A stretch of 58,287 nucleotides of DNA from an uncultured Oscillospiraceae bacterium (GTDB taxonomy: Bacteria > Bacillota > Clostridia > Oscillospirales > Ruminococcaceae): contig CASFXA010000036.1 of assembly GCA_949298535.1 (NCBI GenBank), positions 1 to 58,287 of the forward strand. The letters are read 5' to 3'. Shown piece by piece: positions 44,881 through 56,029 of this stretch. The notes under the pieces are model-generated. The model was given only the letters and a program-made list of their open reading frames with translations, was not told the origin of the DNA and did no database searches. The stretch's first letter is position 1; every line of letters starts with the position of its first letter. Both the position numbers and the translations under genes were made by a program.

Positions 44881-45016
44881 CAGAAAGTAAACCCATCCCC
44901 ACACATGGTCTTTTCTTTCTCGTTTTTCTGCCTCCAGCGGGGAAGTCTCCCTTCCTCCCGGAGCCCGGGGCAGAAAACAGGTTTGTATCGCTGCGTCAAA
45001 AAAGGAGGTTGTCCCT

Positions 45017-47080
45017 GTGAAAGGAATGAATCTGAACCACATCCGAAGGTTGGGTGGAGCGCTGGTATTATTATTCCTTGCCCTAACGATGCTTTTAAGC
45101 GGGTGCCAAAAGGAGCGGACTGGAAAGGAAGGCCTGTTTCAGTATACGGTTTCCGGGCGCCGCGCCATCATCACCGGCTACACTGGCGGAGGATCCATGT
45201 TGCAGATTCCCGCCTTTTTTGAAGATTTGATTCTGGTGGATTCGGTGGCTGACGGCGTTATTCCCCAAAGCGTCATGGGCCTCCAGGTGCCTGACGGGGT
45301 AGAGATCAACTGGGCTTCCCTTTCCGACAGCAATCTCCGCTATGTGATGACCTATGAACAACAGCAAATAGATGGTCTGCCGGAAAATTGCGCCTGTTTC
45401 TATTACGGGCAGCCCTTTGGAGAGTTTTCTTTGCAGGAGATTTATGTGGACTCCCAGGGGGTGTTGTATGGGGGGATGAACGACGGAGAATCCGCTCTGC
45501 TTCTGTCCATTCCGGAAGATGTGGAGGAGTACCGGGTGCAGCAGGTGATCCTCACCGCTCAAAGTATGTACACGGTCACATCCATCGATGCCGCCGCCCT
45601 GGACCATGCCGGCAGCCTGCGCTCCCTGAGTTTGCGGGACGGAATGATTTTTGCGCCTCAGCTGTTGGATTCGCTGCTGAGCCTGGAGGAATTTTCTTAT
45701 CCTGACGGCTCCATTGCCGCCGATTATACCCTGACGCTCACAGCGGTACAACAAATCAACCAACAACGGACAGCCCAGGGGATGGAACCCATCCAATGGG
45801 ATCTGTCCCTGATCCAGGCTGCCCGCAGCCAAAGAAAAAAACTGGATGAACAAGGGGCCTCCTCTGCTTCAGGGGATTTGAGCGCCCTGAAAGAGAACAA
45901 AATCTCTTACAACTTGGCAGCCTCCTGTTTGGAGCGGGGCTCCGATCTGGAGCAGCTGTGTTCCACCCTCCCCCAAACTCTGGCGGCACAGCTGTCCGAT
46001 CCCCTGAGCGCGGTGACCTATGAGCGCATCGGCATCAGCGCCGGAGGCCAAGGGGAAAACTGTCTGGCCCAAATCTTCCTCACCAACCAAACCCAGACGG
46101 AAGTATCCGACGGAAGCCTGCGGTATCAGCTCCAGGATGGTCTGCTGATCCCCGTGGCTGTGGAGGAGGGGACCGATTTCCTCAACCTGGTTCCACAGGC
46201 CTATGGCAGGGATACCACTCCCCTGGATCAGGCGCTGCTGGAACAGCTCCCTGATACCCTGCGGGTGGCCTTTATCAGCGCTTCCTATGGCGAGGCCATC
46301 GACCCGGAATTGTTCCCGGAGGAGTGCGTGGTTGTCCGGGAAGGGGAGGAAACCGGAGACGGACTGGCCCAATCCCTCTATCAGGATCCGGAAAACGGCT
46401 GCCTCTATGTGAAAACGGATCGGGAACGGTATGTCCTGTGGGATATTCCCCCTCAGCTGGAGCAGGTGCTGATTCCCGAAACCATTGAAGGGATTCCCGT
46501 CACCTATGTGAGCACCAAGGCTGTGACCGGAGAGCGGGCGCTTCAGGAACTGATTCTCCCTCAAGGCTGTGGCTTTGATCCCCGGGAGGTGGAAACCTTC
46601 GTGGGAAATTTCCAGCTGAATGTTCACCGCCAGGGAGAAATCCTCCTTGAACCTGACAAGGAGTTTTATCGTTCCATGTATTGCAACGCCGCCATGACCA
46701 CGCTGATGGTGGAGCTGGTCAACCGTCTCCAGCCTGAGGAAGCGGAGGAGATCATCCCCTCCTACAGTCTGATGCGGGCCGCCCAAACTCTGGCTGAAGA
46801 ACAATCCATTCTTTTCAACGTCACCCGTCCGGACGGCAGTGAGTGGTTCACCGTCCTGGAAGAGGAAGATGTGCTGGATTGGAAGCACGGGGGAATATGG
46901 CACAAAAGACTGAAAAGCCTGGATGAACTGACCCAGCTTCAGGAGGTGGCGGAGGATTTTGCGGCATTCCAGGAAAAAAGCTATTTCTATCATTATGTAG
47001 GGGTGGGAATGTTCGTCTCCGATTCCGGGGAATTTTACATCTCCAGCATCGCCACCGAGGCGGATGATACCTCCCTGTAA
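45017..47080 (+). CDS. Lipoprotein with internal duplication and two degenerate CAP/SCP-like domains
   Basis: Lipobox LLSGC; CAP-like segments INQQRTAQGMEPIQWDLSLIQAAR...YERIGI and LVNRL...LMRAAQ...TRPDGS...YHYVGVG; AAGGAGG RBS. Confidence 0.7.
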   Translation: MKGMNLNHIRRLGGALVLLFLALTMLLSGCQKERTGKEGLFQYTVSGRRAIITGYTGGGSMLQIPAFFEDLILVDSVADGVIPQSVMGLQVPDGVEINWASLSDSNLRYVMTYEQQQIDGLPENCACFYYGQPFGEFSLQEIYVDSQGVLYGGMNDGESALLLSIPEDVEEYRVQQVILTAQSMYTVTSIDAAALDHAGSLRSLSLRDGMIFAPQLLDSLLSLEEFSYPDGSIAADYTLTLTAVQQINQQRTAQGMEPIQWDLSLIQAARSQRKKLDEQGASSASGDLSALKENKISYNLAASCLERGSDLEQLCSTLPQTLAAQLSDPLSAVTYERIGISAGGQGENCLAQIFLTNQTQTEVSDGSLRYQLQDGLLIPVAVEEGTDFLNLVPQAYGRDTTPLDQALLEQLPDTLRVAFISASYGEAIDPELFPEECVVVREGEETGDGLAQSLYQDPENGCLYVKTDRERYVLWDIPPQLEQVLIPETIEGIPVTYVSTKAVTGERALQELILPQGCGFDPREVETFVGNFQLNVHRQGEILLEPDKEFYRSMYCNAAMTTLMVELVNRLQPEEAEEIIPSYSLMRAAQTLAEEQSILFNVTRPDGSEWFTVLEEEDVLDWKHGGIWHKRLKSLDELTQLQEVAEDFAAFQEKSYFYHYVGVGMFVSDSGEFYISSIATEADDTSL

Positions 47081-47159
47081 GCAGCCTGTTTTCCCGCCCT
47101 GACGCAAGAAGGGTTCCAACAGCTCCCGCCCCCTGCCGTCTAAAAAGTTGCGGAGCGGC

Positions 47160-47830
47160 GGAGAGTACCCGTCCTCAAAGACCTTTTTGCAGATGTGAGG
47201 GGTTTTGTAGGCGGAGCAGGCAACAATCGTCTCTGCTTTCGGAAAATCCCCTGTTACATGGTCATAGACTTCATTAAACGCCACACTGTCTATATATTTC
47301 TGGTGGTAGCCACGATTTCCAGTACAAAGCATTGCTTGTCGCAGGCTGTGTGGGCTTCATAGGCAAACCGCCGCTTGTGCCCCCTTCACAAGCAGGCTGC
47401 TGTCCGGATCAGTTGCGCTCCGGAGCACAGTACGCAGCTTTTCCTTCTGCCGCCGGGCCAGCTCCCTCTTTGAGGTGTTGTCCCTGGGTTTCTTTGTCGG
47501 AGCCGGTGGCTCGTCATCATCGTCAAAAGGCTTCTTTCCATGGCTCTGCCGCTCTGCGTTTACCTCTTCCATCAGCTTCTTGGCATAGTGCCTGGATACC
47601 GCCGGGATCTGGACTTTTTCCTGCTTTTGGGTACTGGCCTTTGCTTTGATGTGTGCGCCGTCCGCGAATCCTGCTTGGGGCTTTGTCACTTCCTCCAGAA
47701 TTCAGCGGAATACCTGCCCCATCGTCTCCTCGGTAAAACGGTGCCGGAAATTATAGCTCACCGCAGAGAAAGGAGGCGTTTCCTTCTGCGAGGTATACCC
47801 CAGAAACCGGCGGTAATAAATGCTGCTGCT
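47160..47830 (-). pseudogene. IS1182-family transposase remnant
   Basis: Frameshifted fragments: VSYNFRHRFTEETMGQVFR, ADGAHIKAKAS, SATDPDS and DSVAFNEVYD...SAYKTPHICKKVFEDG. Confidence 0.8.
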
Positions 47831-48050
47831 TCCTTCTCCCAGCTGTCCTGGCCGAAGGAACTGTCCTCACAGATCAAAGGAGGGGGCCCAGGGGGCCTTT
47901 CCCTTCCACATCCTGTCCACCGGGCCCCTATACCTGTCGGCTGCCGCCAGGTCGTGCGGCCGGCAGGAGGCGGCTGGTATGATGAAGAAAAAACAGGCGT
48001 TTTTTCCATCATCTTTGGAAGGGTGGAAAACGGCCCGGAAAGGAAAAAAG

Positions 48051-48611
48051 ATGAAACTGATTTCTTTGACCCTGGCTTTTGTGATGGCGGCGCTGCTGCT
48101 GTCCGGCTGCGGCGCTTCCTCCCAGGAGCCCTATACCACAGTCAAGGAGGGGCAGGTCTTCACGGTGGATCCGGAAAAGCAGACCATCTCCCTGAAGGGG
48201 CAAACCTACGGCTACACCCTGGAGGGGGACTCCCAATCCTGGCGGACAGAGCTGACCTATCCCGACGGCGAAACCTATTGGTGGGAAAGGCAAGAAACAT
48301 CAAATAATTTTTCCACCGGTCACGGCGGCTGGAGCGATGGCTTTGACCCCGCCGGATATGCCGATCCCAAGCTGCTGGTGGAAATCCTGGAGGAGCAGAT
48401 GGAAGCCCTGCCCTCCCCTGTCAACTGGCCGGTAGTTGTGATCCTTTTTGCCGTCGGCCTGCCTCATATAATCTGGCCGGAACGCTGCTGGTACCTGCGT
48501 CATGGATGGATGTACCGTCAGGCGGAGCCCTCGGACGCGGCCCTGTCTGCTAACCGGGTCAGCGGCGTGGCGGCCATCGGAGCGGCGCTGCTGTTGGTGC
48601 TGCTGAGGTAA
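48051..48611 (+). CDS. Membrane lipoprotein with DUF6199-like C-terminus
   Basis: Lipobox LLSGC; C-terminal WYLRHGWMYRQAEPSD...R..G TM motif; RBS before 48051. Confidence 0.7.
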   Translation: MKLISLTLAFVMAALLLSGCGASSQEPYTTVKEGQVFTVDPEKQTISLKGQTYGYTLEGDSQSWRTELTYPDGETYWWERQETSNNFSTGHGGWSDGFDPAGYADPKLLVEILEEQMEALPSPVNWPVVVILFAVGLPHIIWPERCWYLRHGWMYRQAEPSDAALSANRVSGVAAIGAALLLVLLR

Positions 48612-48749
48612 TGGAGGGGCGGCTGAAAGAAGTTTGCGGGGCAGGACAGCTCCCGGTGGGATCGCTGTTTTTCAAAAATTCCCGGTATGTTGAGGTGTAT
48701 CACTCCCGGTCCGGGGGACCATCTTTCTGCGGACAAGGTGGCGGCAGAA

Positions 48750-48915
48750 AAACATTGTTGCAAAGCACAAACAACATTCGAAATCATAAAAAAATCGGGA
48801 CACCCGCCTGATTCTTAACCCTCGCCCCGTACCCACTGGGGCGGAAAACCGGGGGTATCAAACCTGGTTTTGTCAGGAACCAGGTTCGTATCCAGGGGGA
48901 CTGGGTTCCTCTGAA
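48750..48915 (+). repeat. Dispersed structured intergenic repeat, copy B
   Basis: AAACAACATTCGAAATCATAAAAAAATCGGGACACCCGCCTGATT...GCGGAAAACCGGGGG...CCTGGTTTTGTCAGGAACCAGG..GTATCCAGGGGGA. Confidence 0.8.
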
Positions 48916-48944
48916 AGTATGCCAGCGTGGCGCGTCACGAACAA

Positions 48945-48972
48945 GGGCCCGGCTTTCGCCGGGCCCCCTTTT
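48945..48972. terminator. Hairpin terminator between the convergent lipoprotein gene and upp
   Basis: GGGCCCGGC-TTTC-GCCGGGCCC followed by CCTTTT. Confidence 0.65.
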
Positions 48973-48988
48973 ACGCAATGGTTTTCTT

Positions 48989-49624
48989 TTATTTGGTGCC
49001 GAAGATCCGGTCCCCCGCATCTCCCAGGCCGGGAACAATATACTTGTCCTCGTTGAGATGGTCGTCCAACGCGCCGCAGTAGACCTGCACATCGGGATGA
49101 GCCTTTGCCAGAGCGTCCATTCCCTCAGGGGCGGCGATGATGCACATGAATTTGATGTTCTTCACGCCCCGGGCCTTAATCTGGGTGATGGCGTCGATGG
49201 CGCTGCCGCCGGTGGCCAGCATGGGGTCCAGCACGATGACGTCCCGCTCGGCGATGTCGCTGGGGAGCTTGCAGTAGTATTCCACCGGCTGCGCGGTCTC
49301 ATGATCCCGGTACAGACCGATATGGCCCACCTTGGCGGCGGGCACCAGGGTCAGCACCCCGTCCAGCATCCCCATCCCCGCCCGGAGAATGGGAACAAAG
49401 GCCAGCTTGCGGCCAGAAAGATGCTTGGCGGTCATGGGGCCCATAGGGGTGCGGATCTCCACATCCTCCAGGGTCAGATCCCTGGTGGCCTCATAGCAGA
49501 TGAGGGCGGCGATCTCAGAGGTGAGGGCCCGGAACTCCTTGGAGCCGGTTTTTTCATCCCGGAGAATGGAAAGTTTGTGCTGGATCAGGGGATGGTCCAT
49601 GATGAAAGGTTTGTTTTGTGCCAT
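48989..49624 (-). CDS. upp: Uracil phosphoribosyltransferase
   Basis: [23 protein letters not shown] and [17 protein letters not shown] motifs. GGGAGG RBS before 49624. Confidence 0.98.
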   Translation of the reverse strand: MAQNKPFIMDHPLIQHKLSILRDEKTGSKEFRALTSEIAALICYEATRDLTLEDVEIRTPMGPMTAKHLSGRKLAFVPILRAGMGMLDGVLTLVPAAKVGHIGLYRDHETAQPVEYYCKLPSDIAERDVIVLDPMLATGGSAIDAITQIKARGVKNIKFMCIIAAPEGMDALAKAHPDVQVYCGALDDHLNEDKYIVPGLGDAGDRIFGTK

Positions 49625-49640
49625 GCGTGTTTCCTCCCGT

Positions 49641-50384
49641 TCATTCCTTTCCGGCCACAGCGGCGGACGGCGCGTCCCCACTCCCATGGCTGGTGCGTTT
49701 GAGAAGCTCCCGTTCCGCCTGGGGCAACCGCAGATAGACAGGGACCAGTTCCCCGCAGGAAACCCCTTCCCCGGCGGCGTAATGTTCCAGGGCGCAGGCC
49801 CCCACCGAGGAGGCCCGCTGAAGGCGCAGATGGGGGGGCGCCAACCTCAGGCGCGGCAGCTTTTCCAAAAAATGATTATAACACATTTCTGCCCCATCGC
49901 CAACCAGAAAAAGGGGTTTTTCTCCCTTTTCCAACACTTTTCCCAGCTCCTCCAGGGAGATGGCCTCATCGGGGCTCAATCGCTCCACCCGGCCCTCCGA
50001 AAGGGCGAAGCGGGCGGTGTACACCTGCTGGCACCGGGCGTCCATCACCGCCACGGCCACCCCTTCAAAGCCCCGGAGATTGTAGGCCAGCGCCTCCAGG
50101 GTGGAAACCCCCACACAGGGCTTGTCCCCGCCGAAGGCCATCCCTTTCACCGCCGCCAGGCCGATGCGCAGCCCGGTAAAGGATCCGGGACCGGTGGACA
50201 CCGCCAGCAGCTCCAGCTGGGAAAAGGAGGTTTTGCTGTCCGACAGCAGCTGCTCCGCCATGGGCAGCAGGGTCTGGCTGTGGGTCTGGGCGGTGCTGAG
50301 GAAAAATTCCCCCACCACCCGCTGATCCTCCAGCAGCGCGGCGGAGGCCGCCACGGCGGAGCTTTCCAATGCTAGCACCTTCAA
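49641..50384 (-). CDS. tsaB: tRNA threonylcarbamoyladenosine biosynthesis protein TsaB
   Basis: [22 protein letters not shown] and [12 protein letters not shown] motifs. Confidence 0.96.
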   Translation of the reverse strand: MKVLALESSAVAASAALLEDQRVVGEFFLSTAQTHSQTLLPMAEQLLSDSKTSFSQLELLAVSTGPGSFTGLRIGLAAVKGMAFGGDKPCVGVSTLEALAYNLRGFEGVAVAVMDARCQQVYTARFALSEGRVERLSPDEAISLEELGKVLEKGEKPLFLVGDGAEMCYNHFLEKLPRLRLAPPHLRLQRASSVGACALEHYAAGEGVSCGELVPVYLRLPQAERELLKRTSHGSGDAPSAAVAGKE

Positions 50385-50803
50385 AAACGTTCATCTCCTG
50401 TAATGGTAATGGTGCGCTCGTCCCCTTCCCCCTTTTGAAATTCCACGGTGATGTGGGGGGAGGGCAAAGCCGCCTCAATGTTCTCGCTCCATTCCACCGC
50501 CAGGATGCAGCCGCGGTCCAGATAGTCAAAAAATCCGGTGGAATACAGATCTTCCATGGTGGTGATGCGGTACATATCAAAATGGCACAGGGGGATGGGA
50601 CCGCCGTATTCATGTACCAGGGCAAAGGTGGGGCTGGAAACCCAGGCGCTGCTGCCCAGGCCCTCCGCCAGCCCCACGGTGAAGGTGGTCTTCCCGGCGG
50701 CCATCTCCCCCCGGTAGGCGATCAGATCCCCGGGGCGCAGCAGTTTCGCCAGCTGTCGTCCCGCCTGGATGGTCTCCTGGGGAGAATGGGTGTGAATCAT
50801 CAT
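50381..50803 (-). CDS. tsaE: tRNA threonylcarbamoyladenosine biosynthesis ATPase TsaE
   Basis: GEMAAGKT, SSPTF, HFDMYR and VEW motifs. Confidence 0.96.
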   Translation of the reverse strand: MMIHTHSPQETIQAGRQLAKLLRPGDLIAYRGEMAAGKTTFTVGLAEGLGSSAWVSSPTFALVHEYGGPIPLCHFDMYRITTMEDLYSTGFFDYLDRGCILAVEWSENIEAALPSPHITVEFQKGEGDERTITITGDERF

Positions 50804-50905
50804 AGGGGATAAAAACTCCGTTCTTTCAAAAAAATGGGATCGGGAAGGGGACCCGCAGCCTGGAACGGAAGGGGGCCTCCTCCCAAAAGCAAAGGAACCT
50901 TCCTC

Positions 50906-52576
50906 TCAGAACAGTCCCTGAATATTTCCCGCTTCATCCACATCGATGAGGGCGGCGGCAGGGGCCTTGGGCAGGCCGGGCATGGTCATAATATCCCCGG
51001 TAAGGGCCACCACAAAGCCGGCGCCGTTGGAGAGGCGCACATCCCGCACCGTAATGGTGAAGCCGGTGGGGCGGCCCAGCTTCTTCTGGTCGTCGGAGAG
51101 GGAATACTGGGTTTTGGCAATGCACACCGGCAGACTGTTTCCACCCAGGGCGGCAATGTCCTTCATGGCCTTCCGGGCGGAAGCGGTGTAGGAAACCCCG
51201 TCGGCGCCATAGATGGTCTTGGCGATGGTCTCAATCTTGCTCTCGATGGTGCCGGAAGCGGCGTCATAGATGGGGTGGAAGGCGCTGGGCTTCTCACAGG
51301 CGGCCACGATCTTCTCCGCCAGGGCCTTGCCGCCCTCGCCGCCCTTGGCAAACACCTCCGACAGGGCAAAATCCGCGCCCCGGGCGGTGCAGTATTCCTC
51401 GATGGCGGAAAGCTCCTCGTCGCTGTCGCTGAGGAAACGGTTGATGGCCACCACCACCGGCACGCCGTACTTCTGCATATTGTCGATATGGGCCCCCAGG
51501 TTGCACAGGCCCGCTTTCAAAGCCTCCACATTGGGCTGGGCCACATCCGCCTTGGACACGCCGCCGTTATATTTCAGCGCCCGGACGGTGGCCACCAGCA
51601 CGATGCAGCTGGGGGCAAGGCCCGCTGTCTGGCACTTGATGTCCAGGAACTTCTCCGCTCCCAGGTCGGAGCCGAAGCCCGCCTCGGTGATGGTGTAATC
51701 CGCCAGCTTCAGCGCCAGCTTGGTGGCCCGCACCGAGTTGCAGCCGTGGGCGATGTTGGCGAAGGGTCCGCCGTGCATCAGGCAGGGGGTGTTCTCCAGA
51801 GTCTGGACCAGGTTGGGCTTGAGGGCGTCCTTGAGCAGGGCGGTCATAGCCCCCTCCGCCTGGAGCTGACGGGCATACACCGGCTCCCCGGAGTAGGTGT
51901 AGGCCGCCAGAATCCGGCCCAGTCTGGCCTTCAGGTCCGGCAGGTCCGCCGCCAGACAGAGAATGGCCATAATCTCGCTGGCCACGGTGATATTGAAGCC
52001 GTCCTCCCGGGGCACGCCGTTCATCTTGCCCCCCAGGCCCACCACGATGTTCCGCAGGGCCCGGTCGTTCATATCCATGCAGCGTTTGAAGAGGATCCGC
52101 CGGGGGTCGATGCCCAGGGCGTTGCCCTGCTGGAGATGGTTGTCCAGCAGCGCGCAAAGGAGATTGTTGGCGGCGGTGATGGCGTGCATATCGCCGGTGA
52201 AGTGGAGGTTGATGTCCTCCATGGGGATCACCTGGGCGTAACCGCCGCCGGCCGCGCCGCCCTTGATGCCGAAAACCGGCCCCAGGGAGGGTTCCCGCAG
52301 GGCGATGATGGCCTTTTTGCCGATGAGGGGCATCGCTTCGCCGATGCCCACCGTGGTGGTGGTTTTCCCCTCGCCCATGGGGGTGGGATTGATGGCGGTG
52401 ACCAGCACCAGCTTGCCGTTGGGACGGTCCGCTACCGAGCGGATAAAGCTCTCGCTGATCTTGGCCTTGGTGCGTCCATAGGGCTCCAATTCCTCCAGGG
52501 GGATACCGATGGAAGCGGCGATGTCGGTAATGGGCTTGGCTGTGGCCTGCTGGGCAATCTGAATATCAGAAAGCAT
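50906..52576 (-). CDS. fhs: Formate--tetrahydrofolate ligase
   Basis: [54 protein letters not shown] and MTMPGLP motifs. Confidence 0.98.
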   Translation of the reverse strand: MLSDIQIAQQATAKPITDIAASIGIPLEELEPYGRTKAKISESFIRSVADRPNGKLVLVTAINPTPMGEGKTTTTVGIGEAMPLIGKKAIIALREPSLGPVFGIKGGAAGGGYAQVIPMEDINLHFTGDMHAITAANNLLCALLDNHLQQGNALGIDPRRILFKRCMDMNDRALRNIVVGLGGKMNGVPREDGFNITVASEIMAILCLAADLPDLKARLGRILAAYTYSGEPVYARQLQAEGAMTALLKDALKPNLVQTLENTPCLMHGGPFANIAHGCNSVRATKLALKLADYTITEAGFGSDLGAEKFLDIKCQTAGLAPSCIVLVATVRALKYNGGVSKADVAQPNVEALKAGLCNLGAHIDNMQKYGVPVVVAINRFLSDSDEELSAIEEYCTARGADFALSEVFAKGGEGGKALAEKIVAACEKPSAFHPIYDAASGTIESKIETIAKTIYGADGVSYTASARKAMKDIAALGGNSLPVCIAKTQYSLSDDQKKLGRPTGFTITVRDVRLSNGAGFVVALTGDIMTMPGLPKAPAAALIDVDEAGNIQGLF

Positions 52577-53209
52577 GGGACGATTCCTCCTTCATATCCT
52601 TTGTGATTCCCGGGGGCCCGGAGCCCCTGTCGTAACAGTTCTATTATAATGCCTCCGGAGCCAAGCCGCAATAGAAAAGGGGCAGGGAAAAAGAAAACCC
52701 GGACGTTTCTTCCCCCTCTCCCCCCTCCCGGGATGGAATAACCAGGGAGCGACTTACCAAAACTATCCCCATCATGGGAATGTTCATCAACTGGCACTTT
52801 TTTCGCTGGTGCAGCTGTGTTATAATAGGACCCGTCACAGAAAGGGAGCGCCCCGAAAGTCCGGCCCCCCATTCAGGAGATGCTCTGTCTCCGGCGGGAC
52901 CCGGACCGGGGCGGATTCTCCCGTTTTCCGCCCCGGGCGCGGGGCAGAAAAGCGCAGCCGAAGCCTGATTTTGACGCCTTTTGGCCGCTGCCGGCTTTTT
53001 GGAGCGGGGTTCTCAGCGGTCCGGGAAAAGAGAGGAAACCGGAAGAATTTTGGAATAATGTTTTCTTTCGCTGTCGCCGGGACGGGGGATGGGTCGTTGA
53101 ATTCAGTGACCCCACCCGGCAGCGGACCAGGGCCGGAAGGGGTCCTGTATTTTAATGGACAGGCGCCGGCTTCAAAAGCCCGCAACCCTCAGGGAAAGGA
53201 TGGAACGTT

Positions 53210-54328
53210 ATGAAGATCACCGCAGCCGTGGGCAAAACCTTATTGAACAGCGACAAGCTGCTGCTGACCCTTGTGGCGGCCCTTTCCACCCTCAGCGTGG
53301 TGCTGCTGTGCGGGCTGTACAGCGCCGGTTTCCTGGACAGTGCCCGAACCATTCAGGTCCAGGCTCTGGCTTCCCTGCTGGGAATTGTGGGGGCTCTCAT
53401 CATCTCCGCCTTCGATCCCGAGACCCTGGCCCGGCTGTGGCGGCTGTATCTCCCCCCCACGGTGCTGCTGATGATTTATACCCAGTTTTTTGGAGTGGAG
53501 CGCCCCGGTTCCAACAACCGCAGCTGGCTGGACCTGGGATTTACCACCATTCAGCCCTCGGAATTTCTCAAAATCGCCGCCATCCTCTCCCTGGCCTGGC
53601 ACCTGAGCAAGGTGGACGAGGACCTCAACCGCCCCCGGAACCTGATTCCGGTGCTGGCCCATGCGGCGCTGCCGGTGCTGCTGGTGGTGATGCAGAAGGA
53701 CGACGGCGTGGCTTTGATTATGGCGGCGATCATGGCCTCCATGCTGTTTATGGCGGGACTGAGCCGGAAGCTGATTCTGGCGGGAGCGGTCTCCCTGGTG
53801 GCGCTGATTCCGGCGGTGTGGTTCGGGGTCTTTTCCGATTTTCAGCGGAACCGCTTCCTGGTGGTGTGGAACCCGGAACTGGATCCTCTGGGCATCGCTT
53901 ACCAGCAGCTGCGGGGGCTGACGGCCATGGGCTCGGGGCAGATTTTCGGCAACGGCATCTTCAGTGAGAATCACGTCTATGTCCCGGAAAATTACAACGA
54001 CTTCATCTTCACCTTTCTGGGGGAATCTCTGGGCTTTGTAGGCTGTTTTCTGGTGATTCTGGCCCTTGCCACCATCTGCGGGCGGATCATTCAGACCTCG
54101 GTGCTCAGTCGCAGCGGGGTGGGAAAATATATCTGCGTGGGCGTTTTCGCCATGATCGCCACCCAGGCGGTGGTCAATATCAGTATGTGTCTGATGATTA
54201 TGCCAGTCATTGGCGTCACCCTCCCCTTTCTCTCCGCCGGAGGCAGCTCGGTGCTGGCCACCTACGCGGGGGTGGGGTTGGTGCTGAGCGCCTATGCCGA
54301 CAGCAACAGGAATATGTTCTCCAACTGA
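53210..54328 (+). CDS. rodA: SEDS family peptidoglycan polymerase (RodA/FtsW/SpoVE)
   Basis: RSWL..G..TIQPSEFLK, YQQ...AMGSG, PENYNDFIF and GVTLPFLSAGGSS motifs. Confidence 0.88.
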   Translation: MKITAAVGKTLLNSDKLLLTLVAALSTLSVVLLCGLYSAGFLDSARTIQVQALASLLGIVGALIISAFDPETLARLWRLYLPPTVLLMIYTQFFGVERPGSNNRSWLDLGFTTIQPSEFLKIAAILSLAWHLSKVDEDLNRPRNLIPVLAHAALPVLLVVMQKDDGVALIMAAIMASMLFMAGLSRKLILAGAVSLVALIPAVWFGVFSDFQRNRFLVVWNPELDPLGIAYQQLRGLTAMGSGQIFGNGIFSENHVYVPENYNDFIFTFLGESLGFVGCFLVILALATICGRIIQTSVLSRSGVGKYICVGVFAMIATQAVVNISMCLMIMPVIGVTLPFLSAGGSSVLATYAGVGLVLSAYADSNRNMFSN

Positions 54329-54602
54329 TTTTCCCCGTCCGTCTGCCTGTCCCCTTTTTCCCAAGGACGGAGCGGGGCCTCTTCCTTCCCCATACGGAAC
54401 CTCTCCAGACGGAGCTGCGGCAGAAAGCGCCCAGGCTCCGCTTCTCTTTTTCCCCCGCGCTCCCTCCTTCCCTTTCCCCGGTGAGGGGGGAATCGGAAAA
54501 AGGCGGAGGCGCCAGGAGGACGCCCCTGTAAAATTCCCCCTCCGCCTTTTCACCGGCGGTGTTTTGTGGTATGATACAAGAATACGGACGGGAGGCTGAA
54601 GC

Positions 54603-55226
54603 ATGACCATCACAGGGATTGAAAAGACCAAACGGGGACGATATTCCCTGTTTGCAGACGGGGCGTTTCTGTTCAGCGTCCATCCGGACATTTACAGCGC
54701 CTCCCAGCTGCGGCCAGGGCTGGAAATGGCCGTGGAAGAGCTGGAAGCGCTGCGGCTGGAGGATGAGTTCTACAGCGCCAAGGACAAAGCCCTCACCCTG
54801 CTGTCCTACGCTCCCCACAGCGCCGGGATGCTGGCGGAAAAGCTGCGCCGCCACTGGGACGAGGAGATTGTCCTGCGGGTGGTGGAGCGGATGGAGGAGC
54901 TGGACCTCCTGGACGATGGGGATTATGCCGCCCGCCTGGCCCGGGATCTGGTGAACCTGAAAGGCTGGTCCCTGAACCGGGTGCGGCTGGAGCTGAAAAA
55001 GCGGAAGCTCCCCCCTGATGCGGTGGAGGAAGCCCTGGAGCAGTTTGACGAGGACAGCGATCTGACAGCGGCACTCCGGGTCATCCGAAAAAAATACCGC
55101 TCCCGCCTGGGGGATGAGGACGGGATCCGCCGAACCATCGCCGCCCTGCAGCGCCAGGGCTTCTCCCTGGGGATCATCCGCCAGGCCCTGGAACGGCTGG
55201 AGGAGGAAGAATGGGAAGAACCATGA
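54603..55226 (+). CDS. recX: Regulatory protein RecX
   Basis: ALTLLSY, LLDDGDYA, RVRLELKKRK and ALQRQGF motifs; Firmicute-type N-terminal extension. Confidence 0.9.
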   Translation: MTITGIEKTKRGRYSLFADGAFLFSVHPDIYSASQLRPGLEMAVEELEALRLEDEFYSAKDKALTLLSYAPHSAGMLAEKLRRHWDEEIVLRVVERMEELDLLDDGDYAARLARDLVNLKGWSLNRVRLELKKRKLPPDAVEEALEQFDEDSDLTAALRVIRKKYRSRLGDEDGIRRTIAALQRQGFSLGIIRQALERLEEEEWEEP

Positions 55227-56029
55227 AAAGACGGACAGCCGGCCGCCTTTTTCTCTGGTTTTGGGATGGGCTGGCTGTTTTTTCCGCTTTCTTTGCCCTG
55301 ATTCCCCCCATTTTCTACCGCATTTTCCATCCCGGCGTGGCGGTGCTGCTGCTGCTTGCCCTGGTGGCCGGGATGAAGGGACTGTTTCTTTGTCCCCATC
55401 GGGCCGCCCCCTGGCCTTCTTTCCGCCGCTGGCTGGAAAATGGCCGGTGCGCTCCTTTGGTTCACCGGCTCCTTTCCCTGGCCTTGGCCCTGGGGCTGAC
55501 GGCGGAGGCGCTTTTCTCCCTGGTGATGATCCAGGCAGCATGGTTCCATCCTCCCCGGCAGGGGGAAAGCGCCACGGCGGTGGTGCTGGGATGCCTGACC
55601 ATGGGGGATCAGCCTTCCAGGATGCTTCGGTACCGGCTGGAGGCCGCCCTGTCCTACCTGGAGCAGCAGCCGGAGGCCATGGTGGTGGTCACCGGCGGCA
55701 AGGGGGAACGGGAGACCCACAGCGAGGGGGAGGTTTCCGCCCGATGGCTGGAAGAGCATGGGATCTCTCCGGCGCGTATCCTGGTGGAAAACCAGTCCTC
55801 CAACACCAGGGAAAACCTGGAACAGGCCGCCTTGCTGCTGGAACAGGCGGGTCTGGGAAATCAGGTGGTGGTGGTCAGCGACGGTTTCCATCAGCTGCGG
55901 GGACAGCTTTACGCCAAACGCGCAGGACTTTGTCCCACGGGAATCCCCTCCAGAACCCCCTGGGGGCTGCTGCCCACCTACTGGCTCCGGGAGCAGATGG
56001 GCGTCTGCAAGGCCATTTTTCTGGAGTGA
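55223..56029 (+). CDS. YdcF/DUF218 (ElyC/SanA) family membrane protein
   Basis: VVLG, RLEAA, VTGG, SE, ENQSSNTRENL, SDGFH and LRE motifs. Confidence 0.92.
   Translation: MKRRTAGRLFLWFWDGLAVFSAFFALIPPIFYRIFHPGVAVLLLLALVAGMKGLFLCPHRAAPWPSFRRWLENGRCAPLVHRLLSLALALGLTAEALFSLVMIQAAWFHPPRQGESATAVVLGCLTMGDQPSRMLRYRLEAALSYLEQQPEAMVVVTGGKGERETHSEGEVSARWLEEHGISPARILVENQSSNTRENLEQAALLLEQAGLGNQVVVVSDGFHQLRGQLYAKRAGLCPTGIPSRTPWGLLPTYWLREQMGVCKAIFLE

Noticed and set aside
52577-52700. Possible ZTP or THF riboswitch upstream of fhs
   Set aside because: The leader is short and lacks the conserved motifs.
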